Positions 1 through 9,995 of a DNA stretch of 64,000 nucleotides are shown here, in pieces (within the stretch, counting starts at the first letter, position 1; the number at the start of each line of letters is the position of its first letter). This DNA comes from an uncultured virus (IMG/VR IMGVR_UViG_3300046030_000041). Its lineage: Duplodnaviria > Heunggongvirae > Uroviricota > Caudoviricetes. Location of the stretch: IMG/VR virus record IMGVR_UViG_3300046030_000041; one strand, written 5' to 3'. The notes under the pieces are model-generated. The model made no database searches. It was not told where the DNA came from and worked only from the letters and a program-made list of their open reading frames with translations. Made by a program: the position numbers and the translations under genes.

Positions 1-960
1 CTACGCCGCCATTTGGTAGCTATTATGTTTTTGCATAGGGGTCAAACGGCCCAAATTCCGCTGCAAACGGCCACTGTTGTAATACTCCATGTAGTTATTA
101 ATCATCGTTACCAAAGCTTTACGGCTGTCGAAGTCACGAGTATAGTACCGTTCTCTTTTCAGCATGCCCCAGAAGCCTTCCATCGGGCCATTATCAATGC
201 ATTTTCCTATCCGTGACATACTCTGCGTCATACCAGCATCTAGAATCATCTTGCGGAAATCCCTGCAGGTGTATTGGAATCCCCGGTCAGAGTGAAACAG
301 GGGATGCGCGCCAGGGTTTTTCAACAATGCCTTATTGAAGGTATTGAATACCAAATTTTTATCGTTCCGGTTGCTTATCACATAGGAAACAATTCGTCTG
401 TCATACAGGTCAATAATCGCGCTCAGATATACCTTATGCACAACTACCCCCTCATAGTAGTGAAATTCTGAGACGTCAGTACACCATTTCTGGTTAGGGG
501 CATCGGCTTTAAATTCCCTATTCAAGATATTTTCTGCAATGTATGCAGGATCTATTGCACGCTGGGTGCAGCCCTTAGGGGCATATTTAATCGTAGACTT
601 TATATTTATCACTCGACAAAGATGAAGAACGCGACCGTCACCAATTGCTATTGGTTTCGTGTCAGGATAGATCTTCTTATTTGGGGCTCGTAAGTCATCA
701 GCTATTCGTCTGTACCCTTTAGCTGGGTCAGCCTTGTATATCTCTTCTATTCTTTTAGCAATTTCCTTGTCGTCAATTTCGCGTGCTGAAGGCTCTCTAT
801 GAAGCCATTTGTAGTAGCCGGCCCGGGACACTTTTCCCAATTTGCACAGGCCAAGAATAGGGTAATTCTTTTCAGCGTGCAGTTCTTTAATGGCTTCATA
901 AATGGCTCCATATCTTATTTGTGTGAATCCCGCCTCCTTTCCACAATATCGAGTTTTTTT
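1..960 (-). CDS. IS3-family transposase OrfB, reached by -1 frameshift from OrfA
   Basis: Motifs WCTDVSEF, HSDRGFQY, DNGPMEGFWGMLKRE. The frame is open from the A7 run at 954-960 to the stop at 1-3. Confidence 0.93.
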   Translation of the reverse strand, partial: KKTRYCGKEAGFTQIRYGAIYEAIKELHAEKNYPILGLCKLGKVSRAGYYKWLHREPSAREIDDKEIAKRIEEIYKADPAKGYRRIADDLRAPNKKIYPDTKPIAIGDGRVLHLCRVINIKSTIKYAPKGCTQRAIDPAYIAENILNREFKADAPNQKWCTDVSEFHYYEGVVVHKVYLSAIIDLYDRRIVSYVISNRNDKNLVFNTFNKALLKNPGAHPLFHSDRGFQYTCRDFRKMILDAGMTQSMSRIGKCIDNGPMEGFWGMLKRERYYTRDFDSRKALVTMINNYMEYYNSGRLQRNLGRLTPMQKHNSYQMAA

Positions 961-1613
961 AGGAAATCAATCTCCATATCCTTGGCTTTGAGTTTTGCAT
1001 TAGCCAGTTTGAGTTCAGCTTTCATACACTCATATTCTGTAGGGGCTTCTTCAGGGACTTCTACTGGCTTCCTGTGTCCGCGCCCATCTATGAGTCCTTC
1101 GGTATTGTACTTATTATATTTTAAGACGTAATTTCTGACTTGCTGGTAGGAAACCTTAAACTTTTCAGCGGTTTCATGGTAAGCATTCCCGTTTTCAATG
1201 CAGTATTTTACGATTTCAACGCGCTCGTCAAAGGTCGTTTGTCTAGCTTTAGTCATGATCTTGGCACCTCCAGTACCCGAACTTTTTAGTTCCTCATGAC
1301 TATTATACTTCTTTAACCAGTCTCTGATTTGACGAGAACTTTTTAATCCGTATTTTTGTACCAGCTGGGACATAGTCGTTTCGCCCTTAAGATATTCCTC
1401 TACGCATTGGATCTTAAGATCAGCAGAATAACTTTTAACCTGTCTTTTGTTAAATACCTCAGGACCATTTCCTATATATTCATCTACCCAATACTGTACT
1501 GCTTTCCAGTGAACCCCTAACCTTTTTGCAGAAACCATTGGTGATTCTTCATGAGCAAGAACAGCTTTGACAGCCTTTAATTTATCCTCTGCACTGACTT
1601 TCGATATAGACAT
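915..1613 (-). CDS. IS3-family transposase OrfA
   Basis: ATG at 1613 after AAAGGAGAG. Repeated HTH units (YSADLKIQCVEEYL, TTFDERVEIVKYC). Ends in DFLKKL over the slippery CTAAAAAAAC. Confidence 0.9.
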   Translation of the reverse strand: MSISKVSAEDKLKAVKAVLAHEESPMVSAKRLGVHWKAVQYWVDEYIGNGPEVFNKRQVKSYSADLKIQCVEEYLKGETTMSQLVQKYGLKSSRQIRDWLKKYNSHEELKSSGTGGAKIMTKARQTTFDERVEIVKYCIENGNAYHETAEKFKVSYQQVRNYVLKYNKYNTEGLIDGRGHRKPVEVPEEAPTEYECMKAELKLANAKLKAKDMEIDFLKKLDIVERRRDSHK

Positions 1614-1685
1614 TTTACATACTCTCCTTTCAACGAATCCAGGAGGTTTAACTATATGCCAGTCTACTTTATTCATAGCATACCA

Positions 1686-3209
1686 GAAAGCTGGGAGGTC
1701 AAGTGCCTCGGTAACCAGAGCTTTCATGGTTTCATCCCGAATTGCTGTATTCTGGCACTTGTCCTTTGGCCCGGTGCAATACCAGGAACGTGTGCGTGTG
1801 CCGTCCTTGCGAACGTTGGACTGGCAGCGGTAATTTGCACCGCAGCAGCCACATTTGATGAAGCCTGTGAATTCGTAGTACGTGGACTTGTTTGGGTTGG
1901 TATCCTTCCGCTTGTGGCGCTCGCCCCAAAGGCGTCTGCGCTCCGGTGTCCACCAGTCCGTCTTGGCAGTGGATTCCCATGTAGTTGTGACCTCGCGTCC
2001 ATCGTAAAACTGGAAGCGCAACGTGTCCTCGGAAACTACAAGTATTTCTTCGACCTGCTCGGCAAAGGCCGCTTCATCAAATTCCTCAAGGCCCATAACC
2101 TCGGCGGCAACATTCTGAAGCGTCTTTTCAGGGATATTCTTAGAGCCGCAGGCACCAGCGCCTTTTTGGCTTTTTGTCTGGCAGGTCCAGATGTAGTAAA
2201 CCTCACCGGCTGTATTCCGCTTTCCGCTCCGGCGATAATGTTTGCCGCAGATGCCGCAGGTGATCTTCGTGGAAAAAGCCGTCAGATGCAGGGACTTATT
2301 TCCGAAAGGCCCAAGGTCACGCCTGCGCTTGAATTCGCCTTGGACAGCCTGAAATTCATCCATCGGGATGATGGCTTCGTGCGTGTCCTCAACAAAATAC
2401 TGGGGAAGCTCACCGTGATTCTTTTTACGATGCTTGGCAATCGGGTCTGCAACATATTCCTTCTGGAAAAGCATATTCCCGGTATAGGTGACGTTGGTGA
2501 GGACAACCTTGACGTTGGAATCCACCCATTCTTTGCCTTGACGTGTGTAGATGCCTTTTTCGTTAAGCGACCGGCCAATCTCGATCCGCGATGCGCCGTT
2601 CATGTATTCTTGGTACATGTACCGGACAATTTCGGCTTCCTCTGGGAGAATTGTGAGCCGCCCGTCAACCCATTTATAACCGAACACACGCATCTGCCCG
2701 TTGGGGATACCCTGCTGGAAGCGCTTGATCGTACCCCATTTGACGTTATCCGAAATGCTGCGGCTTTCCTCCTGTGCGAAGGAAGCCAGCAGCGTAAGCA
2801 TCAGTTCGCCATCCTCAGAGAGCGAATCAATATGCTCCTGTTCAAAGCGGACGGAAATGCCGAGCTCCTTCAGGTGGCGGACCGTTTTCAGCAGGTCCAC
2901 CGTATTTCTGGCGAAACGAGAAATCGACTTTGTAAGAACAATGTCAATTTTCCCAGCCTCGCAATCCTCAACCATGCGCCGGAACTCGTCACGCTTGCTG
3001 GTGCCAGTACCGCTGATGCCGTCGTCCGCATAAACACCGGCGTATTGCCAATCAGGATGCTTTTGAATCAACTCGCTGTAGTAGCTGATCTGAGCTGACA
3101 AGGAATGCTGCAGCCGCTCGGTTTCCATAGAAACTCTGGCGTAGGCAGCGACTTTCTTGCGTTCCGGCATTTGAGGTACTGTAGGCTCAATTTTTGTTAC
3201 TGTTTTCAA
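1686..3209 (-). pseudogene. Large serine recombinase truncated by IS3 and fused in frame to OrfA
   Basis: VAAYARVS catalytic Ser, TKSISRFARN, recombinase domain (YTGNMLFQK), two Zn-ribbons (CGICG, CGCCG). Sequence changes to IS after ...ALDLPAF. Confidence 0.88.
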
Positions 3210-3255
3210 GAGAAATCACTCCTTTCCAGTACACATACATCACTCTAAAACGGCT

Positions 3256-3432
3256 TTATAGCAAGCAATTCTCGGACAATAATGTGCCGAATAACGGTCG
3301 ATATTTCTCCTGCAGTTTTGTATCAATTATGGCATATTCCTCCGCAGTCAGAAGGCCCTTTTGAAGGAGTATTTTTGCCAGATGAATAGAAGCCTGATAG
3401 TCCTTCTCGGCCTCGAATTGTTCTTTGCTCAT
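3256..3432 (-). CDS. Small SHOCT-like protein (58 aa, not in the ORF track)
   Basis: Hand translation MSKEQFEAEKDYQASIHLAKILLQKGLLTAEEYAIIDTKLQEKY...; GLLTAEEY motif; usual position upstream of such recombinases. Confidence 0.7.
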   Translation of the reverse strand: MSKEQFEAEKDYQASIHLAKILLQKGLLTAEEYAIIDTKLQEKYRPLFGTLLSENCLL

Positions 3433-3848
3433 GCCGGATCACCGTCTTTGAAACGGGCCGCGATATAGCAGGCGTGGGAGCAATATTTTCTGCGGGAATT
3501 GCCGTAGGCTGTAAAAGAGCGTCCGCAATGGGCACAGGTGAATGTATAAACAGCTTTCTGTCGCACCGCCTCCGGGTGGGCGTTCCACCAGCGCTGGCGG
3601 CATTCAGCGGAGCAGAACTTTACTTTTTTCTTGCCCGGAGCCTGTTGCAGCGGCTTTCCACAGCACAGGCAGAAGCCCTGCTCCGGTGCGACGCGGGCAT
3701 TGCTTTCTGCTTTTATTCCTCCAAGGTCGTGCACACGGCAGTAAGCCTTTACACTATCTTTTGTCAGACCGACCGTCTTGGCGATGGTCGTATACCCACA
3801 ACCATCCTGCCGCATGGCGGTTATCCGTTGCTTCTGTTCAGTCGTCAT
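3429..3848 (-). CDS. HTH plus Zn-finger protein (sigma-like DNA-binding protein)
   Basis: N-terminal HTH (GYTTIAKTVGLTKDSVKAYCR), CxxCG..FCSxxC repeats, GGAGG RBS. Confidence 0.7.
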   Translation of the reverse strand: MTTEQKQRITAMRQDGCGYTTIAKTVGLTKDSVKAYCRVHDLGGIKAESNARVAPEQGFCLCCGKPLQQAPGKKKVKFCSAECRQRWWNAHPEAVRQKAVYTFTCAHCGRSFTAYGNSRRKYCSHACYIAARFKDGDPA

Positions 3849-3882
3849 CTTTTTCCTCCAGTCTGAGAACATCTGTCCTCAT

Positions 3883-3918
3883 TACCCAATGGAGGTCAAA
3901 GTGCCGTTTGGCCGAAAA
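3883..3918 (-). promoter_or_regulatory. 36-bp motif, putative promoter for the element-encoded sigma-like factor (other copies 15383-15418, 20416-20451)
   Basis: Identical to 20416-20451. The copy at 15383 keeps only the two outer blocks. Confidence 0.6.
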
Positions 3919-3939
3919 ATGAGAGAAAAAATAGAAACA

Positions 3940-3977
3940 AAAAATAAGGCCCGGCAGGATTTTTCCCGCCGAGCCTT
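3940..3977 (-). terminator. Rho-independent terminator after the endolysin remnant
   Basis: Stem AAGGCTCGGC..GCCGGGCCTT followed by ATTTTTT on the - strand. Confidence 0.65.
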
Positions 3978-3988
3978 AAAACGATGTG

Positions 3989-4507
3989 TCAGAGCTTTGC
4001 CGCATAGTCGAGCGATATCCATCCGGCATTGCTTTTGAGCCTGCCCCACTTGGAAGCACCCTCGCCGCTGGCTTCCTCGACAATGGTGAACACACCCTTG
4101 CCGGTGTAATGTCCAATCGTACCATAGTTGGTGCCAGGGCCTTTGCGGATGTTCAAGTTTGGGATCGTCACCCGCACCCGGTAAGGCTGAAATGTGGTCG
4201 GTGTCTCGGCGGTATCAGAAGACGAACCGAGCAGAGCGTTGACCTGCTCCGCGATGTATGGGAACTTACTCTCCAGATATGGGCCGGGACAGGCGGTCGC
4301 AGCGAACCACTTGTGCATGGTGAGGTTGCCGGACTTGTCGCTGGTGTAGTTGAGCTTTGCGATGTTGTTGCGCTTGCAGATATCCGAGCAGAGCGTGATG
4401 AGCTTGGCAAGCGCCGTATCGCTGACGTGCCAGTCCCCGCCGACCTCGTCATTTGCGACCTCGATGGTGACGGCGCGGTTGTCATTGGCGCTGTTGGAAC
4501 TGCACCA
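3989..4507 (-). pseudogene. 3' remnant of an endolysin (amidase_2 C-terminal half plus SH3-like domain)
   Basis: WCSSNSANDNRAVTIEVAN, MHKWFAATACPG, LNIRKGPGTNY...GWISLDY. The 5' half is replaced by terminase DNA. Confidence 0.85.
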
Positions 4508-5786
4508 TCTGCACCGCACCCCAACGGTCGAAGGCGATCTCCCGGATGTTGTACTGCTCGCCCATGGTTTCGATGAACTTTTCGATGTAGCCGTAATGGA
4601 CGACGTTCCCTTCCGTCGTGTGCAGGAATCCCTGCTTCTGCCATACGTCATAAGGGACATGATCCCGCCGGACACGCAGTGATACGTTTTCCTCCGGTAT
4701 CCAGAAATAGGGCAGCACAACATAGTTGTCTGTTTCATCCTGCGGCGGAAACACCAGCACAAAAGCCGTAATATCCGTCGTGGAAGATAAGTCCAGGCCG
4801 CCGTAGCAGACGCGCCCCTTCAGTTCATCCGGCTGTACGGGAAAGGCGCAGGCATCCCACTTTTCCATCGGCATCCAGCGGATCGCCTGCTTGACCCATT
4901 GGTTCAGGCGAAGCTGCCGGAAGGCATTCTCCTCGGCGGGATTCTGTCTGGCAGATTCGCAGGCCGCCTTGACCTTATCCATGCCGACCGTAATGCCGAG
5001 CGACGGATTGGCTTTCTTCCACACCTTGACATCTGTCCAGTCGTCGGTATCCTTGGCACCATATATCACCGGATAGAAGGTGGCATCTATCTTCCGGCCT
5101 GCGATAATATCCAGTGCCTTTTGATGGGTTTCATAGCAAATGGAATGGGTGTCCGTTCCGGCTGTCGTAATAAGGAAATACAACGGCTGCGTCCGGGCAT
5201 CGCCGGAGCCTTTAGTCATGACATCAAACAGCTTCCGGTTCGGCTGCGTGTGCAGTTCGTCAAAGATCACGCCGCTTACATTAAAGCCATGCTTGCTATA
5301 GGCATCAGCAGACAAGACCTGATAAAAGCTGTGCGTGGGAAGGTAGATGATCCGCTTCTGCGAAGCCAGCAGTTTCACCCGTTTGGATAAGGCCGGACAC
5401 ATCCGCACCATATCCGCCGCCACTTCAAAGACAATGGATGCCTGCTGGCGGTCGGCAGCGCAGCCATACACTTCGGCACGCTGTTCTCCGTCGCCGCAGC
5501 ATAAGAGGAGTGCTACCGCTGCCGCCAGTTCCGACTTGCCCTGCTTTTTGGGAATCTCGATGTAGGCGGTATTGAACTGCCGATAGCCGTTCGGCTTTAA
5601 GATGCCGAACACATCGCGGATAATCTGCTCCTGCCAGTCGATCAGCTCAAACGGCTTTCCGGCCCAGGTTCCCTTGGTATGGCAGAGGCATTCGATAAAG
5701 GACACGGCATAGTCCGCCATGGTTTTGTTGTATTTGGAATCCTTGGCCTTGAATTTTGTAGATCGATAGCGTTTCAATTTTCGCAA
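4482..5786 (-). pseudogene. Terminase large subunit, C-terminally truncated
   Basis: Walker A IPKKQGKS, Walker B VIFDELH, GGLDLSSTTD nuclease motif. Breaks after FDRWGAVQMVQ. Confidence 0.88.
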
Positions 5787-5855
5787 GCAGCGTCACCTCC
5801 TTTGCGGCAACAAAAAGACCGCCGAAGTGGGCAGTCTTGGTAATGATGATATGGA

Positions 5856-6083
5856 TTATTTCTTTCTGATTGTAAGGCAGCGGTCTATGCCGTACAGCAC
5901 AGTCAACGTACTGCCGTTATCCCAATGCACCAGCAGACTGCCGGTGTCATCCACACCGACGACTGTTCCCTTGGTGCCGATCGGCGGAGCCTGGGCGTCG
6001 TCCATTTGCACCAGTACAATCCGCGTCCCGGCGGGATATGTGCTGCGCAGTTGCTCCAGCCTTTCCTTATTCGGATATCTCAT
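5856..6083 (-). CDS. DUF4314-like protein
   Basis: YPAGTRIVLVQMDD..APPIGTKGTV..VDDTG; homolog at 58899. Confidence 0.75.
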   Translation of the reverse strand: MRYPNKERLEQLRSTYPAGTRIVLVQMDDAQAPPIGTKGTVVGVDDTGSLLVHWDNGSTLTVLYGIDRCLTIRKK

Positions 6084-6771
6084 CAGGGTGTTCTTCCTTT
6101 CTGCCATTTTTAAAGGCCGAGGAGCCGGAAAGGTGCTGCAGGAGCAGCTTCCGTTCGTCCTTGTATTTCGTACCGATAAAGCCAAGGCGAAGCAGAAAGC
6201 AGCGGAAGTCGTATTTCTCGTTGGTGGATGGGTGCTCCGTTGCCAGCACCCGTTTCTGCTTCTTTGCCAGATGGCAGAGCGCCGTAATGAAATGGGTGCA
6301 GGTTTTGACCGTATCGGCATCCGGGCAGCCGGTGAACCAGGGGAATAACACTTTATCCTCTGTTACCTGCATACACAGCACATCAGTTTGGAAAACTTTT
6401 AACATGAGATTGCTCTTGGCCTGAATCAGTTTCTTGAGATTTTCCAGTGCCGTATCGGTGAAGAAAGAGCGCGGCATGGCAATCACCAAGTCGTCTATAT
6501 TCTCCTGCTTAGACGCCGAATCGTCAGGTTCTTTCTCTATTGGTTCGGCTGGATCGACATGGAATCCCATGCTGTCGAGTTTCTCGAGTAAATTCTTAAT
6601 GTCTGTACTGTCATCAAAATTAAGATTGCCGTCGCGGTCGACCGTGAAGCAGTCAATCTCATAGGCATAGCTGGGAATCCCCTGATATACTTTGGCGGCT
6701 CCGGTAATGGTGCTGATGGCATTCGCCAGTTCCTTACGTGTTTTTCCTTGTGCATGGTACATAATCTTCAT
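6067..6771 (-). CDS. Conserved phage protein (so-called virulence-related family)
   Basis: NEKYDFRCFLLRLGFIG...LSGSSAFK; homolog at 58192. Confidence 0.75.
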   Translation of the reverse strand: MKIMYHAQGKTRKELANAISTITGAAKVYQGIPSYAYEIDCFTVDRDGNLNFDDSTDIKNLLEKLDSMGFHVDPAEPIEKEPDDSASKQENIDDLVIAMPRSFFTDTALENLKKLIQAKSNLMLKVFQTDVLCMQVTEDKVLFPWFTGCPDADTVKTCTHFITALCHLAKKQKRVLATEHPSTNEKYDFRCFLLRLGFIGTKYKDERKLLLQHLSGSSAFKNGRKEEHPDEISE

Positions 6772-6860
6772 GGTAGTAAACCCCTTTCGTTTTTTGTCAT
6801 GTACATATATCACTCTAACCGGCAATTATAGCAAGGGGTTTGTACCATAATTTGTACAGA

Positions 6861-7136
6861 TTATTCTTGTACTGCCACCATTTTACCGAGCAGCTTTCCG
6901 ATTAGCCACAGGCCACCGTCAATCAGTGTCGGCAGGAAGCATTGGTCGCGGAACTTGTTCCAACCGGTTTCCTTGTCAGCGGATGCCTGCAACGCAGCGG
7001 TGTAGGCATCCGCTACTTCCTTGGCTGCCGGAAGCACCGTTGTATGGAGCCAGGAAATAGTGGCGTTCTTGGCATCCTCCTGCACTGAATCCAAAATATG
7101 TTCCTTAATTTCATTTTTAATCGTTTCAATATCCAT
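6861..7136 (-). CDS. Small hypothetical protein, possibly holin-like
   Basis: 91 aa, hydrophobic C-terminal helix, follows an amidase, has an RBS. Confidence 0.5.
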   Translation of the reverse strand: MDIETIKNEIKEHILDSVQEDAKNATISWLHTTVLPAAKEVADAYTAALQASADKETGWNKFRDQCFLPTLIDGGLWLIGKLLGKMVAVQE

Positions 7137-7141
7137 TTTTT

Positions 7142-7687
7142 CTATCTCCCTTCAAAATCTGTTATGCCGCGGGCAATGGCCCGGGCGAAATCATCCGCGT
7201 TATTCGTAAGCAGCGCGGCATCATCCTCGTTATCAATAAAAGCTGTTTCCACCAGAACGGCGGGCATCGTGGTATCTTTCAACACGATGAGGTTGGGCCG
7301 TTCCTTTAGGCCGCGATCTACCGTGCCGAGGCTCTGCACAATCTGCGACTGGATGCAGGCGGCAAGCTGCGGGGACGAACCGCTGTTGTTGGCATAGATA
7401 AGCGTTTCTGTACCGCTGGCGCAGCCGCTGTCGGCATTGCAATGCAAACTGACGAATACATCAGCAGGCCATGTATTTGCTGTATCCACCACACAGGGCA
7501 GATCCGGTGTTTCCCCAGCCAGATTATCACTTTGCAGGAGCTGCACCTCGCAGCCTGCCGTCTCCAAATATGTTTGGACGAGACTGCCAATCGTAGCAGC
7601 CACATCACATTCCCGCAGTCCGGTGTTTGGGTTCACCGCGCCGCTGTCCCGTTCCCGGTCATGCCCGGGGTTGATACATACACGCAT
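7142..7687 (-). CDS. N-acetylmuramoyl-L-alanine amidase (Amidase_3, catalytic domain only)
   Basis: INPGH, conserved E, FVSLHCNA, PAVLVETAFIDN. Confidence 0.9.
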   Translation of the reverse strand: MRVCINPGHDRERDSGAVNPNTGLRECDVAATIGSLVQTYLETAGCEVQLLQSDNLAGETPDLPCVVDTANTWPADVFVSLHCNADSGCASGTETLIYANNSGSSPQLAACIQSQIVQSLGTVDRGLKERPNLIVLKDTTMPAVLVETAFIDNEDDAALLTNNADDFARAIARGITDFEGR

Positions 7688-8916
7688 TATGTTGCCTCCA
7701 TTTCAGTATAGGTATACGTTTTTCCATTCCGCGTTACAGTTACCTGTTCGCTTGAGCCGATCTGCTCGATATACCGTTTTACAATCACATCACAGAACTT
7801 TTCATCGAGTTCTATCATATAGCAGCATCGTTTCGTCTGCTCGCAAGCCAGCAGCGTTGAGCCGCTGCCGCCAAATGGATCCAGCACGGTGCAGCCGGTC
7901 ATGCTGGAATTTAGGAGGGGATAGGCTAAAAGCGGTATTGGTTTCATGGTGGGATGGTCCGCATTTTTCCTAGGCTTGTCAAACTCCCATATAGTGGATT
8001 CCTTCCGTCCGGTGTACCATTCATGCTTTCCTTTCTTCTTCCAGCCGTAAAGCACCGGCTCGTGCTGCCACTGGTAGGGAGAGCGTCCCAGCACCAGCGA
8101 CTGCTTCTTCCAGATGCAGCAGCCGGACAAATAAAAACCGGCATCCGAGAAGGCTTTTCTAAAGTTAAGTCCCTCGGTGTCGGCGTGGAATACATAGATA
8201 CTGGCATCGTCTGCCATGACGGTGTGCATGCAGGTGAACGCATCATATAAGAATTGGTAGAATTTGTCGTCCTGCAGATGGTCATTCTTGATTTTTCCGG
8301 CCCGGCCTTCGTAGTTGACATTATATGGCGGATCAGTGACCACCAGATTGACCGGTGTTCCCTGCAGTAATCGCTGGTATGTTTCCGGCTGGGTGCTGTC
8401 GCCGCAGAGCAGGCGATGGATTCCCAACTGCCACACATCACCGGTCTTGGAGAATACCGGTTTTTGAAGCTCGGCATCCACATCAAAATCATCATCATGT
8501 ACACCATCCTTTATATCGTCCTTGAACAGGTCGTCCAGTTCCGCCGGATCAAACCCGGTAAGCGATACATCAAAGTCGCTGCCCTGCAGGTCGGTAATGA
8601 GCAGCGCTAATTTATCCGTATCCCAATCGCCGCTGATTTTATTAAGGGCGATGTTTAGGGCTTTTTCCTTTTCGGTGTCCATGTCGATGACGATGCAGTC
8701 GATTTCCGAGATGCCCTCCTGCTGGAGCACCTTCAAGCGCTGGTGCCCGCCGACCACGTTGCCGGTGTGCTTGTTCCAAATGACAGGCTCGACGTAGCCG
8801 AACTCATCCAGCGAGCGTTTCAGTTTTTCGTACTCCGGATCTCCCGGCTGCAAATCCTTTCTCGGGTTATAGGCTGCCGGGACGAGGTCTTGTATGTTCT
8901 TTTTGATCAGTTCCAT
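7687..8916 (-). CDS. ParB-like N-terminus plus N4/N6 DNA methyltransferase
   Basis: YNPR, VGGHQR, TDPPY, HPTMKP, LDPFGGSGST. Confidence 0.93.
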   Translation of the reverse strand: MELIKKNIQDLVPAAYNPRKDLQPGDPEYEKLKRSLDEFGYVEPVIWNKHTGNVVGGHQRLKVLQQEGISEIDCIVIDMDTEKEKALNIALNKISGDWDTDKLALLITDLQGSDFDVSLTGFDPAELDDLFKDDIKDGVHDDDFDVDAELQKPVFSKTGDVWQLGIHRLLCGDSTQPETYQRLLQGTPVNLVVTDPPYNVNYEGRAGKIKNDHLQDDKFYQFLYDAFTCMHTVMADDASIYVFHADTEGLNFRKAFSDAGFYLSGCCIWKKQSLVLGRSPYQWQHEPVLYGWKKKGKHEWYTGRKESTIWEFDKPRKNADHPTMKPIPLLAYPLLNSSMTGCTVLDPFGGSGSTLLACEQTKRCCYMIELDEKFCDVIVKRYIEQIGSSEQVTVTRNGKTYTYTEMEAT

Positions 8917-8918
8917 AA

Positions 8919-9485
8919 TTATTTTCCTTTCCGTGCCTGCAACAGGTGTTCCATCATCGTATCCTGCGGACTTCCTACAAATGCTGTGGTACAGTTTTGC
9001 TTGACGATATCGAAAATCTCATACCAGAGCAGGTTCGCCTGCTTCTGGAATGACTGGCTCATCTGCACAAATGGACTGGTAATCGCACCGCCGGTCGTGG
9101 GGTGCTTGCCGAGCAGTCCATAGGTGCTGATGGCTTCTTCGCACTGGATATACCGGGCGAATGCCTGGGCATAGGCTTCCAGCAGCCGGGGATTGACGAG
9201 CCGTTCGCAGCCGCGGTCCTTCAGCCATTGCCAGGTCTGACGGAACAAGTCGTCCGCACCGAGCGGCTTGCCGTCCCGCTGCCGGGCAGACAAATAGTCA
9301 CTGGGATTCGGCATATCCTCGCCGGTGAGATCTGCGGCATCGTTTAACTCGGCACCTTCTAAGGCAGGCGTCGGCAGGTCGATAATGGTGGCTGCTTTTC
9401 CCTTGTCGATTTTATCGGCCAGCGCCTCCGGCTTGTCCCCGGCGCGGATCCGTCTGCCGCCGCGATTGGTTCCGTCCTTGGCCAT
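8919..9485 (-). CDS. Terminase small subunit (P27-like)
   Basis: MAKDGTNRGG, KHPTTG..SPFV; follows the HNH gene. Confidence 0.85.
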   Translation of the reverse strand: MAKDGTNRGGRRIRAGDKPEALADKIDKGKAATIIDLPTPALEGAELNDAADLTGEDMPNPSDYLSARQRDGKPLGADDLFRQTWQWLKDRGCERLVNPRLLEAYAQAFARYIQCEEAISTYGLLGKHPTTGGAITSPFVQMSQSFQKQANLLWYEIFDIVKQNCTTAFVGSPQDTMMEHLLQARKGK

Positions 9486-9518
9486 GGTTGTTCAACTCCT
9501 TTCCCATGCGGTAAATCC

Positions 9519-9605
9519 CCCGTTTGAACTGCAATTTTTGTGCGTGTGACCCCAGCACCGGTCTAGCATTTGGGCGCGCCAGAGATTTGGACCGCCCCTC
9601 CTGGC
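9519..9605 (-). other. Putative cos/packaging site region
   Basis: Lies between HNH and terS. Shares the blocks GGGG, AAATCTC, CACGCAYAAAAA and TTCAAACGGGG with 55045-55135. Confidence 0.55.
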
Positions 9606-9614
9606 GAAGCGTAG

Positions 9615-9995
9615 TCATTCGTAACGGTATTCCTTTCTGGCATGATGCCAACGGTCATCCATCTCGGCGGTTATCATTGAGTGGCACGGCTTGCACAGCG
9701 CCATAAGGTTATCCTCGTCGTGAGTGCCGCCGCGGGAGAGGGGACGGATATGGTGCACCTCCGTTGCCGCTGTGGTTTTGTGGTTCTTCAGGCACATCTC
9801 ACACAGAGGATGTTTTCCGATGTACCGGTCCCGGATGCGCTTCCACGCTCTGCCGTACCGTTTCTTGCTGACAGGACTGCGCTCGTACGCGTCATAACGT
9901 TTGTCCATTAATTTTTGGTGCTGCTCGCAGTACCGGTTCACGGTCAGCTCCCTGCAACCAGGGTAGGCACACGGTTTCTTTGGTTTCCAAGGCAC
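9615..9995 (-). CDS. Terminase-associated HNH endonuclease
   Basis: PCAYPGC, HPLCEMC, VHHIRPLSRGGTH..NLMALCKPCH. Confidence 0.9.
   Translation of the reverse strand: MPWKPKKPCAYPGCRELTVNRYCEQHQKLMDKRYDAYERSPVSKKRYGRAWKRIRDRYIGKHPLCEMCLKNHKTTAATEVHHIRPLSRGGTHDEDNLMALCKPCHSMITAEMDDRWHHARKEYRYE

Larger units (their letters stand above)
1..1685 (-). mobile_element. IS3-family (IS150-like) insertion sequence; far end lies outside the window
   Basis: orfA (HTH repeats) plus orfB (DDE integrase core). The element starts 5'-TGGTATGCTATGAATAAAGTAGAC on the - strand at 1685, where recombinase-like sequence stops. Confidence 0.9.

Noticed and set aside
1656..3098. 480-aa + strand ORF
   Set aside because: Antisense shadow of the recombinase; no motifs.
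915..3209. 764-aa ORF as a natural novel recombinase family
   Set aside because: The C-terminal third is IS3 OrfA with its own RBS; the fusion is an insertion product.
3989..4762. 257-aa ORF as an intact endolysin
   Set aside because: Its N-terminal part is out-of-frame terminase DNA upstream of the deletion junction.
6067..6771. 'Virulence' function for this family
   Set aside because: The label is historical; nothing in the sequence supports it.
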